Of a DNA stretch of 32,000 nt, positions 25,237-32,000 are shown in pieces; position 1 is the first letter of the stretch; every line of letters starts with the position of its first letter. Both the position numbers and the translations under genes were made by a program. Source of the DNA: Fibrobacter succinogenes subsp. succinogenes S85 (GTDB taxonomy: Bacteria > Fibrobacterota > Fibrobacteria > Fibrobacterales > Fibrobacteraceae). The notes below the pieces were generated by a model, which had not been told where the DNA came from, searched no databases, and saw only the letters and a program-made list of their open reading frames with translations. Where the stretch lies: assembly GCF_000146505.1 (NCBI RefSeq), contig NC_017448.1:720001-752000 (forward strand). Direction: 5' to 3'.

Positions 25237-27015
25237 CTAAAATTTTCTAACGTCTCTTGGAATTTTCTTGAAAGTGATATTGTGTTCAAACAAGAAATCT
25301 TTCGGCAGAACGCAATTGTCAGCGAAAATGACATAGCGTTCTGAACGAAGTTTAATTGTTGCCAAAAATTCAAAATCCAATGTTGTGACTTCCGATTTTT
25401 TGTAGAACAGATAATACGAGGTGTTATCAACATCACCTAAGAAAAATTCATGACCGACTTGTTCGACTCTTTGATAATCAATGGATTTATTGGTTTCTGT
25501 GTAGTAGATGTATTCGCGAATTTTCTCGACAGGTTGGGCTTCGTTCAGATAGCCGTCTAAAAGCATTTCGGGTCCAAGTTCGTAATAGCAGAAATCTCCG
25601 CCAGTACCTTCGCTTCTTCCTTTTGTTATTCCGGCCAATTTCAAGCAATTATTTTCAAAAGTTGTTTCAAACTTGTCAAATTCATCCTTATGCTCGTCAC
25701 GGACACCTTTCAATTCATCCATTATTTCTTGACCATTTGCAATATCTTTTAAGGTCAATTCCTTTGAATATAGTTCTCGCTTTTCATCTGATTTATATCC
25801 TTTGATGACTCTCCGTACGCGTTCTGCTGTAATTTTATCGGCATAATCTTCCATTTCAACAAGAATGAATTTGCGATTTCCACCATCTTGTTTGTTGAGG
25901 TTGAGAACAGCGTGAGCAGTCGTGCCAGACCCTGCAAAGGAATCGAGGATAATGGAGGATTTATCTGTTGCAATTTCAAGAATTTCTTCAATAAGAGATA
26001 TAGGCTTAGGATAATCAAAAGCCTTCATAGACATTATTTTCATCAAATCGGCTGTACCTCGAGCAGAATTGAAACTTTCATCTTCTAAAAGGTTTTGATA
26101 TGGCAAGGATCTTTCAATAAGTTCATCGTTATTGTTTACATTACAATATTGTTTGAAATATACAGACCAATTCCCATTATTATTTTTAAAAACAATAAAA
26201 CCATGTTCTATTCCCCATGCAACTTTCGCTTCTGACCACCGCCAATTCCAATGTTTCAGTTTGTCAATTGATGACCCCGGATACAAAAAAGTTCCATCAG
26301 GCATTTTTATTTGGTAATTTAACGATTCTGAATAATGACTACCCGTCATTCTTCTATCAAGTTTATTTGTAGTATATTTTCCTCGACGATCTTTATACTC
26401 ATCCTCTAAATCATATTTCTCAAAATCATCAATATTTCGTGTATTGGGAATAAAAAATCTTTTCTTGTACATTAAAATATATTCGGTAACAACCTTAATA
26501 TCATTACCAGTATTTGATCCAGGAGTAGATTGCCAAATAAATTGCGTCACAAAATTTCCAGCACCAAAAATTTCATCACAAATCAACTTTAAATTCGCTT
26601 GTTCATTATCATCTATGGAAATAAATATTGCACCATCATCAGCAAGCAACTTCTGCAACAACGTTAAACGCGGATACATCATGCAAAGCCACTTATCATG
26701 ACGGGTCAAATCCTCAGACTCCTTGCCGACCACCTGTCCGAGCCACTTTCTAATTTTTGGGCTATTCACATTATCGTTATAGACCCAATTTTCATTACCC
26801 GTGTTATACGGAGGATCAATGTAGATGCACTTGACACGTCCTTCATATTCAGGGAGCAAAGCCTTCAACGCTTCAAGGTTATCGCCATGGATAATCTTGT
26901 TTTCGGACTTACCACTTTCGCAGTTGAACGATTCTTTCAATTCAAGCGTTCTGTAAGGAACATCAAGGTGATGGTTCAGAACAGCATCTTTTCCAAGCCA
27001 GTTCAAAGTGGGCAC
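25237..27015 (-). CDS. mod: Type III DNA methyltransferase, Mod subunit (beta-class N6-adenine/N4-cytosine)
   Basis: IYIDPPYNTG (motif IV) precedes DSFAGSGTTAHA (motif I), with a variable region between. N-terminus PTLNWLGK is typical of Mod. There is no in-frame ATG upstream. Start assigned to the GTG at 27015 (GAGG-N5). Alternatives are the TTG at 27030 (GGAGG-N8) or the maximal ORF start at 27141. Confidence 0.85.
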   Translation of the reverse strand: MPTLNWLGKDAVLNHHLDVPYRTLELKESFNCESGKSENKIIHGDNLEALKALLPEYEGRVKCIYIDPPYNTGNENWVYNDNVNSPKIRKWLGQVVGKESEDLTRHDKWLCMMYPRLTLLQKLLADDGAIFISIDDNEQANLKLICDEIFGAGNFVTQFIWQSTPGSNTGNDIKVVTEYILMYKKRFFIPNTRNIDDFEKYDLEDEYKDRRGKYTTNKLDRRMTGSHYSESLNYQIKMPDGTFLYPGSSIDKLKHWNWRWSEAKVAWGIEHGFIVFKNNNGNWSVYFKQYCNVNNNDELIERSLPYQNLLEDESFNSARGTADLMKIMSMKAFDYPKPISLIEEILEIATDKSSIILDSFAGSGTTAHAVLNLNKQDGGNRKFILVEMEDYADKITAERVRRVIKGYKSDEKRELYSKELTLKDIANGQEIMDELKGVRDEHKDEFDKFETTFENNCLKLAGITKGRSEGTGGDFCYYELGPEMLLDGYLNEAQPVEKIREYIYYTETNKSIDYQRVEQVGHEFFLGDVDNTSYYLFYKKSEVTTLDFEFLATIKLRSERYVIFADNCVLPKDFLFEHNITFKKIPRDVRKF

Positions 27016-27087
27016 GAAAACCTCAAGCAAAAAAGTGAAACCTCCCGGCAATGGGATATTCTCCTTTTTGCATTTTCCACGTTTCGC

Positions 27088-27146
27088 AAATAAAAAAGAG
27101 GCGTGGAGTCGAATGCACTTACCGCTATCGAGGGTTAGCACGCCCT
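27088..27146 (-). terminator. Intrinsic-terminator-like hairpin in the mod leader
   Basis: Minus strand GGGCGUG (27145-27139) ... CACGCCU (27105-27099), then CUUUUUUAUUU. About 70 nt upstream of the mod start. Confidence 0.5.
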
Positions 27147-27238
27147 ATGACCAAATAAGCACAAAACGACCCACGCCCGATGGGGCGTGAGCGCTCGTCC
27201 TATTCCTCGGTCTGTTGAAAGTGCTAATTTCGATAGCG
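27123..27238 (-). promoter_or_regulatory. ~116-nt imperfect palindrome (RNA rod) in the mod 5' leader
   Basis: Arms cgctatcga-ggg-ttagcac (27123-41) and gtgctaa-tt-tcgatagcg (27221-38). Inner pairs gacc/ggtc, aata/tatt, acga/tcgt. Apical hairpin cacgccc-gatg-gggcgtg (27172-89). Confidence 0.5.
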
Positions 27239-27322
27239 AGAATGAGAGACGAATCTCAAAAACCGGCGATTGCCATAAAGACAACCTATGTCACCCGTAA
27301 TATAGATTTTTTCGCCCCAAAA

Positions 27323-27350
27323 GGAGATTCCCGATCAAGTCGGGAATGAC
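27323..27350 (-). repeat. 28-nt GTCAT-headed hairpin element, inverted copy upstream of mod
   Basis: Minus strand GTCATTCCCGACTTGATCGGGAATCTCC. 26/28 identical to 25204-25231. The two differences keep the base pair (G-C to A-T). Confidence 0.8.
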
Positions 27351-27399
27351 AATTTCGCAGTGATGACCGATGGAAAAGAAGATTTTTCGCCAAAAAATC

Positions 27400-27428
27400 T
27401 TGACAACCATCCCTAGAGGGACTATATT
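27400..27428 (+). promoter_or_regulatory. Sigma-70-type promoter of the KilA-N gene
   Basis: TTGACA, 17-nt spacer, TATATT. Confidence 0.65.
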
Positions 27429-27503
27429 TAATAGTGAACAAATGTTCTAGTGCTCAAAATTTCAAACATTGTGGTTTTTATGCTTGTCCGCAAGGAGTTA
27501 ACG

Positions 27504-28301
27504 ATGAAAATAAAAGTTATGGATGCAGAAATTTCTGTGCAAAGAATCGGCAATGAGGATTACATTTCGCTGACAGATATGCTCAAAGCTAAAGACGGTG
27601 ATTTCTTTATAACAGATTGGTTGAGAAACCGTAATACGCTAGAATATATTGGAATTTGGGAAAAAGTATATAATCCTAATTTTAATTATGGCGAATTCGC
27701 CATAATTAAAAATCACTCAGGTCTCAATAGCTTTAAAATCAGCGTTAAAGAATTTCAGGCTAGAACAAATGCCGTTTCTTTAGTAGCCAAAGCAGGTCGA
27801 TACGGTGGAACCTACGCACATAAAGACATTGCATTTGAATTTGCAATGTGGATTAGTGCAGAATTCAAAATATACATGGTTAAAGAGTTCCAGCGTCTCA
27901 AAGAAGCCGAACAAGCCCAAATGGGCTGGTCCGTGCGTCGGGAACTCTCTAAAATCAACTATCACATTCATACGGACGCCATCAAGCAGAACTTGATTCC
28001 GGCAACACTTACAAAACAGCAGATGAGTATGATTTATGCAAACGAAGCTGATGTTTTGAATGTAGCCTTATTTGGATTTACCGCCAAGGAATGGCGCGAT
28101 ACACATGCCGATTTGCAAGGCAATGTCCGCGACTACGCTTCAGTAAACCAGCTTATATGCCTTTCAAATATGGAATCGTTGAATTCAGTCCTAATCAAGG
28201 AAGGTTTACCGCAGCCAGAGCGATTGCAAAAACTGAATCAAATTGCAATAAGCCAAATGACAGTTCTGGAATCCATCGGAGAAAACAAGCTCCTGAAATA
28301 A
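27504..28301 (+). CDS. KilA-N domain-containing DNA-binding protein
   Basis: N-terminal pattern EDYISLTDM...DWLRNRNTLEYIGIWE...GGTYAHKDIAFEFAMWIS typical of KilA-N. Start at the ATG with AAGGAG RBS rather than the GTG at 27450. Confidence 0.8.
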   Translation: MKIKVMDAEISVQRIGNEDYISLTDMLKAKDGDFFITDWLRNRNTLEYIGIWEKVYNPNFNYGEFAIIKNHSGLNSFKISVKEFQARTNAVSLVAKAGRYGGTYAHKDIAFEFAMWISAEFKIYMVKEFQRLKEAEQAQMGWSVRRELSKINYHIHTDAIKQNLIPATLTKQQMSMIYANEADVLNVALFGFTAKEWRDTHADLQGNVRDYASVNQLICLSNMESLNSVLIKEGLPQPERLQKLNQIAISQMTVLESIGENKLLK

Positions 28302-28321
28302 GAAGAAAAGTCGCATACCCG

Positions 28322-28349
28322 TTCTCTCGTCTTTCGTCTCTAGTCTCTC
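28322..28349. repeat. AGACGA(A/G)AGA-type 3'-end repeat (inverted orientation)
   Basis: ttctctcgtctttcgtctctagtctctc. Reverse complement is gagagactagagacgaaagacgagagaa. Confidence 0.5.
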
Positions 28350-28357
28350 ATCCAAAT

Positions 28358-28373
28358 TGGCACGGTTCTTGCA
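28358..28373 (+). promoter_or_regulatory. Sigma-54 (RpoN) -24/-12 promoter upstream of htpG
   Basis: TGGCACG-gttc-TTGCA matches TGGCACG-N4-TTGCW at every fixed position. 95 nt before the htpG ATG. Confidence 0.6.
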
Positions 28374-28467
28374 TATACTAGCGCGGAAACAAAACAAAAC
28401 CGCGTTTTAGTTTCATTTTGAAACAATAAAATTGCGGGATTGCTTAAAAATTTAACAGGAGATTAAA

Positions 28468-30354
28468 ATGGCAACAGAAAAGATGGAGTTCCAGACCGAA
28501 GTTCGCGATATGCTGAACTTGATGATCAACTCCCTTTACAGCAACAAGGAAATTTTCCTCCGCGAATTGGTTTCTAACGCAGCAGATGCACTCGACAAGC
28601 GTCGTTTCCTCTCTCTTTCGAACTCCAGCCTCCTCCCGGTGGGCACTCAGTTGCGCATCGATATTTCGGTGAACAAGGAAGGCAAGCGCCTCATTGTCGA
28701 AGACAACGGTATCGGCATGAACAAGGAAGACTTGATCAACTGCTTGGGTACAATCGCTCGTAGCGGCACCAAAAACTTCATCAAGAACTTGAAAGATGCC
28801 GACAAGAGCAGCGTCGATCTCATCGGTCAGTTCGGTGTGGGTTTCTATTCCGTGTTCATGGTTGCAAAGAAGGTCGAAGTCTTGACGCTCAAGGCCGGCG
28901 AAACGCAGGGTTACCTGTGGAGTTCCGAAGGCACGGGCGATTTCGAAATTTCTGAAGCCCCGCTCGACAAGGTCGGCACGAAGATTACGCTTTATCTCAA
29001 GGACGACGAAGACGCCGATGATTTCGCTAGCGAATGGAAGATCAAGGATATCGTCCAGAAGTATAGCGGTTTCGTGAGCTACGGCATTTACTTCCACCCG
29101 GAAGCAACGAAGAACGACAAGGGCGAACTTGAAGAAAAGCCGGAAGAACGTTTGAACGACAAGACCGCTTTGTGGCGCCAGAGCGAAAAGGAAGTCACCG
29201 AAGAACAGTACAAGGATTTCTACAACGTCATCAGCCACGAAGCTGACGAACCGGCCGCCTGGAGCCACAGCCACGCTGAAGGTTCCCAGGAATTCTGGAG
29301 CCTTGTGTACATTCCGTCGAAGGCTCCGTTCAACATTTGGCACAACGACGCTCTGCACGGCCTCAAGCTCTATGTGAAGAAAGTCTTTATCATGGATGAC
29401 TGCAAGGACTTGCTGCCGCCGTGGCTCCGCTTTGTGCGCGGCGTGGTCGATAGCGAAGACTTGCCGCTGAATGTGTCTCGTGAAATCTTGCAGAACAACA
29501 AGATTATCACCAACATCCGTAAGCACGTGATCAAGAAGGTGCTCGACGCCTTGCAGAACATGGCCGACAAGGATGTCGCTAAGTACAACGCCTGGTGGCG
29601 CGAACTCGGCATGGTCTTGAAGGAAGGCTTCTACATGAACTGGGAACATCTTGACGAACTCAAGAAGTTGCTCCGTTTCGAAAGCACCAAGACTGAAGGC
29701 GACGCTCTCGTAAGCCTCGACGAATACGTGAAGCGCATGCCGGAAGGCCAGAAGGAAATCTACTACCTCGTGGGCGACAAGAACGCCATCAAGTCAAACC
29801 CGATGCTCGAAGCCTTCAAGGCCAAGGGCTACGAAGTGTTGCTCATGAGCGACGGCATTGATGAATTCATGATGTCTAGCCTCACGGAATTCGGCGACAA
29901 GAAGTTCCACGACATTTCCCGTGGCGATGTGGACTTTGAAAAGACCGAAGAAGAAAAGAAGGCCGAAGAAGAAAACAAGGGCATTTTCAAGGGCCTCTGC
30001 GAAAACTTGCAGAAGGTTTTGGACGAAAACATCAAGGAAGTCCGCGTTTCTAGCCGCCTCAAGGATAGCCCGTGCTGCCTCGTCACAAGCGAAGATGCGA
30101 TGAGCGCCCAGATGGAACGCATGATGAAGGCTATGGGCCAGAAGAACTTGCCGAAGTCCAAGCGCATTCTGGAAATCAACCCGACACACCCGATTTGCGA
30201 AATGCTCAAGAAGAAAGCCGAAGCGAACGAAGATCTTGGCGATTGGCCGAAGGCCCTCTACGGTCAGGCTTTGCTTGCCGAAGGCTCTCCGCTCCCGAAC
30301 CCCGCTGAATACGTCGCTGCGATTACAAAGCTGCTGACCGCATCTGTCAAGTAA
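28468..30354 (+). CDS. htpG: Molecular chaperone HtpG (Hsp90)
   Basis: N-terminal LMINSLYSNKEIFLRELVSNAADALDK and GQFGVGFYS ATPase motifs. 628 aa. AGGAGA RBS. Confidence 0.95.
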   Translation: MATEKMEFQTEVRDMLNLMINSLYSNKEIFLRELVSNAADALDKRRFLSLSNSSLLPVGTQLRIDISVNKEGKRLIVEDNGIGMNKEDLINCLGTIARSGTKNFIKNLKDADKSSVDLIGQFGVGFYSVFMVAKKVEVLTLKAGETQGYLWSSEGTGDFEISEAPLDKVGTKITLYLKDDEDADDFASEWKIKDIVQKYSGFVSYGIYFHPEATKNDKGELEEKPEERLNDKTALWRQSEKEVTEEQYKDFYNVISHEADEPAAWSHSHAEGSQEFWSLVYIPSKAPFNIWHNDALHGLKLYVKKVFIMDDCKDLLPPWLRFVRGVVDSEDLPLNVSREILQNNKIITNIRKHVIKKVLDALQNMADKDVAKYNAWWRELGMVLKEGFYMNWEHLDELKKLLRFESTKTEGDALVSLDEYVKRMPEGQKEIYYLVGDKNAIKSNPMLEAFKAKGYEVLLMSDGIDEFMMSSLTEFGDKKFHDISRGDVDFEKTEEEKKAEEENKGIFKGLCENLQKVLDENIKEVRVSSRLKDSPCCLVTSEDAMSAQMERMMKAMGQKNLPKSKRILEINPTHPICEMLKKKAEANEDLGDWPKALYGQALLAEGSPLPNPAEYVAAITKLLTASVK

Positions 30355-30374
30355 TTACGCGCTATGCACCATCA

Positions 30375-30410
30375 AAAAGACCGCGATTAATCGCGGCCTT
30401 TTTTGCTTTT
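30375..30410. terminator. Bidirectional terminator between htpG and the FISUMP gene
   Basis: aaaaAGACCGCGA-ttaa-TCGCGGCCTtttttgctttt. Confidence 0.8.
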
Positions 30411-30427
30411 CTGCGACACTCGATTTG

Positions 30428-32000
30428 CTAATTTTTGACGCAGCGGACTGGATATGCATCGTCCTTACCCACGTTGCCCACAAATGAATCATCGTTTAAG
30501 CTTGTCAAAGACACATTGCACGCGACGACTCTTCTGCAAGTCTCATCGCACCACTCATCGCTTTCGGCCTCTGTAGACGTCCACAAAACCCCGAGATAGC
30601 CAATCTCGCTGTAAATGGGATATATTCCATTGATAAACCTGTATCCAGCAGGCGACGCCGAAAAGGAATAATCATCCGTACCGTTACCGCCTTCAGACCA
30701 ACCAGAAGTTGATTTGAGTTTTTCACCTGCAGTCTCGGAGCCGCCAATTGCGGCAAACAAAGTATCATATTCAGCCTTCGTAGGCAAATGCCAGCCACTG
30801 GGACACGCCCCCTGCACTGGATAGGTGGGTGTACACGTTTTTTGATAACCGCAGCCTTTGCCGTTTTCACTCCATACGCCAGCACTGTCCATTGCTGCGG
30901 CCCAAGTGTAAAGGCGACCGTACTTGGAGCAGTACTTAGCGGAGTCGTTGAAGCAATAGGAACTATTCGTCTCAAAATTAAGATTCTCAGCCATCCAAAT
31001 CTGCGAACCTATCTTCACGGTTTTATAAGTTTGTTTGTCACGAGAATCCGTTAGCGTGCCATATTCGCATTCATCTTTAGTTTTTGTTTTGCAGGCTTTT
31101 GCCTCGGGCACTATAATAACCGGGGGTTCTATAATTTTAGGTTCGACATCCATCACGCAACGAACAGAATAGCCGTCGTCTTTGTTTCCAGAGCGGATAT
31201 CCGCACCATCATACACACTCTGAAAATACACGCATCCACTACTGTTTTCATATTCATTAGAACTCCAAAAGAGCGCTTGATACCCCTCCTCGTAATAATC
31301 GTCTTGGTAGAGCCAGTCCCTGTAACCTGCAGGAAGCACAGAAAAACCGAAAGCATCTGTCGCATCGCCACCGCGATTCCATCCACTCGTCTTGAGTGTT
31401 ATGCCAGCGACTTCTTCGCCCCCCACCGAGTCAATCAAGGTTTTCCATTCCGCTGTGGATGGCAGATGCCATCCCTCGGGACAAGCGTCCGCAGCTGCAG
31501 TCCATACATATAAGCGCCCAAACTTATCGCAATTATCTTTTGAATTATTGTAACAATAGCAATAATCGTTTTTGTATTTTGCCTCTCTCCTGTAATTCAA
31601 GTTCTGCGCCATCCACCACTGGTCACCGATTTTCACAGTCTTGTAAGTTTGTCCGTCGCGGTCATCCACCAATTCGCCATACTCGCAATTATCTTTAGTT
31701 GAAGTTTTGCAGCCTTTGGGCACAGCTACAGAGCTCCCCGATTTCGCAGATGAAGAAGACTTTGCGCTAGAAGAAGAGTTTGCCTTGCTACTGCTAGACT
31801 TTTCATTAGACGAAGTTTTGGAATCCAGAATGCAACGGACGGACATTGCATTGATCATCGGCTCACCCCAAATATCAGCCTTTGCGTAACGATTCTCCAA
31901 AGACATGCAGAACGCGTGATCAACTAGAATCCTATTGCCATCCAGCCTAGTCGATGATTCAACATCTTCCGTAGAACTCCAGAAATACGCCTCTGTCTTG
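30428..32000 (-). CDS. Multi-FISUMP-domain protein, 5' end beyond window
   Basis: The frame stays open upstream of the listed ATG to nt 32000 (KTEAYFWSSTEDVESS...SVRCILD is the end of a further domain). Two complete domains follow (DGQTYKTVKIGDQWWMAQNLN...CPEGWHLPS...SVRCV), separated by a Ser-rich linker and a Pro-rich linker. Confidence 0.8.
   Translation of the reverse strand, partial: KTEAYFWSSTEDVESSTRLDGNRILVDHAFCMSLENRYAKADIWGEPMINAMSVRCILDSKTSSNEKSSSSKANSSSSAKSSSSAKSGSSVAVPKGCKTSTKDNCEYGELVDDRDGQTYKTVKIGDQWWMAQNLNYRREAKYKNDYCYCYNNSKDNCDKFGRLYVWTAAADACPEGWHLPSTAEWKTLIDSVGGEEVAGITLKTSGWNRGGDATDAFGFSVLPAGYRDWLYQDDYYEEGYQALFWSSNEYENSSGCVYFQSVYDGADIRSGNKDDGYSVRCVMDVEPKIIEPPVIIVPEAKACKTKTKDECEYGTLTDSRDKQTYKTVKIGSQIWMAENLNFETNSSYCFNDSAKYCSKYGRLYTWAAAMDSAGVWSENGKGCGYQKTCTPTYPVQGACPSGWHLPTKAEYDTLFAAIGGSETAGEKLKSTSGWSEGGNGTDDYSFSASPAGYRFINGIYPIYSEIGYLGVLWTSTEAESDEWCDETCRRVVACNVSLTSLNDDSFVGNVGKDDAYPVRCVKN

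Larger units (their letters stand above)
21651..28350. other. A+T-rich genomic islet (Type III R-M, KilA-N, orphan small genes and RNAs) without a mobility gene
   Basis: Base composition drops visibly right after the uppP terminator and recovers just before the htpG promoter. The gene content is accessory and defence-type. Confidence 0.6.

Noticed and set aside
25237-27015. Phase-variable simple sequence repeats in mod, as in phasevarions.
   Set aside because: Reading through the gene shows no homopolymer longer than about 6 and no tetra- or pentanucleotide tandem tract.
22098-27132. Similarity between CTCGATAG..TAA..TGCAT..TCGA at 22098-22135 (plus) and at 27132-27105 (minus), which would be inverted repeats bracketing the whole mod-res unit.
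   Set aside because: Only about 20 matched positions, with two gaps, in A+T-rich sequence. This is not distinguishable from chance without a statistical alignment. It is worth a quick dot-plot but is not claimed.
27123-27238. The long palindrome as an integron attC site, or as a CIRCE (HrcA) operator, because its arms contain TTAGCAC / GTGCTAA.
   Set aside because: The attC R' core GTTRRRY is not met (GTTAGCA), and there is no integrase or cassette context. The CIRCE half-sites are 79 nt apart instead of 9 and lack the flanking TC/GA.
21651-28460. Candidate att-like direct repeats at the islet ends (ttagaaaattttaacgg near 21650-21666 versus cttaaaaatttaacagg near 28444-28460).
   Set aside because: They are short, imperfect and almost pure A/T, and the right copy overlaps the htpG RBS. 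This is not convincing as a target duplication.
28444-29649. Long antisense ORFs opposite real genes. Examples are the 401-aa ORF opposite htpG, and 8685-10187, 14084-15385, 4529-5632, 7237-8226, 18278-19219 and 15874-16785.
   Set aside because: Each lies entirely within, and antisense to, a CDS with strong family motifs. Their translations are low-complexity and Arg/His-rich with no motifs. These are typical shadow ORFs of codon-biased genes.
1-32000. CRISPR arrays, rRNA genes, IS elements or transposases, and prophage structural genes.
   Set aside because: No regularly spaced direct repeats, no rRNA-like sequence, and no ORF with DDE, serine or tyrosine recombinase motifs were seen.

Overview
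This looks like a Fibrobacter-type chromosomal segment, because two proteins carry the Fibrobacter succinogenes major paralogous (FISUMP, TIGR02145-like) domain. Most of it is ordinary, roughly 50% GC housekeeping DNA. It holds a partial GH8 hydrolase, an Fe-alcohol dehydrogenase, argJ, greA and a holA-like gene. It also holds a translationally coupled pilM-pilN-pilO-(giant PilP-like)-pilQ type IV pilus operon with its own near-consensus promoter, preceded by a PilZ c-di-GMP receptor gene. A pyrR-pyrB-pyrC' operon follows, in which the dihydroorotase homologue has lost every metal and catalytic ligand. The remaining housekeeping genes are a cyclophilin, tRNA-Ala(GGC), an M23 peptidase, a DUF2334-like gene, uppP, htpG and a multi-FISUMP protein. 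Between uppP and htpG (about 21.65-28.35 kb) lies an islet that is visibly A+T-rich by eye (not computed). It carries a Type III restriction-modification operon (mod then res), a KilA-N gene and more than 1 kb of non-coding DNA, with no integrase or transposase. The most unusual signals are all inside this islet. (1) A ~116-nt imperfect RNA rod sits in the mod leader and is mutually exclusive with a downstream intrinsic terminator. (2) Two copies of a 28-nt GTCAT-headed hairpin element flank mod in inverted orientation and show a compensatory base-pair change. (3) A 43-codon hydrophobic ORF, too short for the ORF track, lies just downstream of res and faces a strong orphan promoter, which resembles a type I toxin-antitoxin layout. 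(4) A perfect sigma-54 -24/-12 promoter lies in front of htpG at the islet edge. No CRISPR array, rRNA or transposase was seen. All functional calls rest on motif recognition by eye, and no database search was run.
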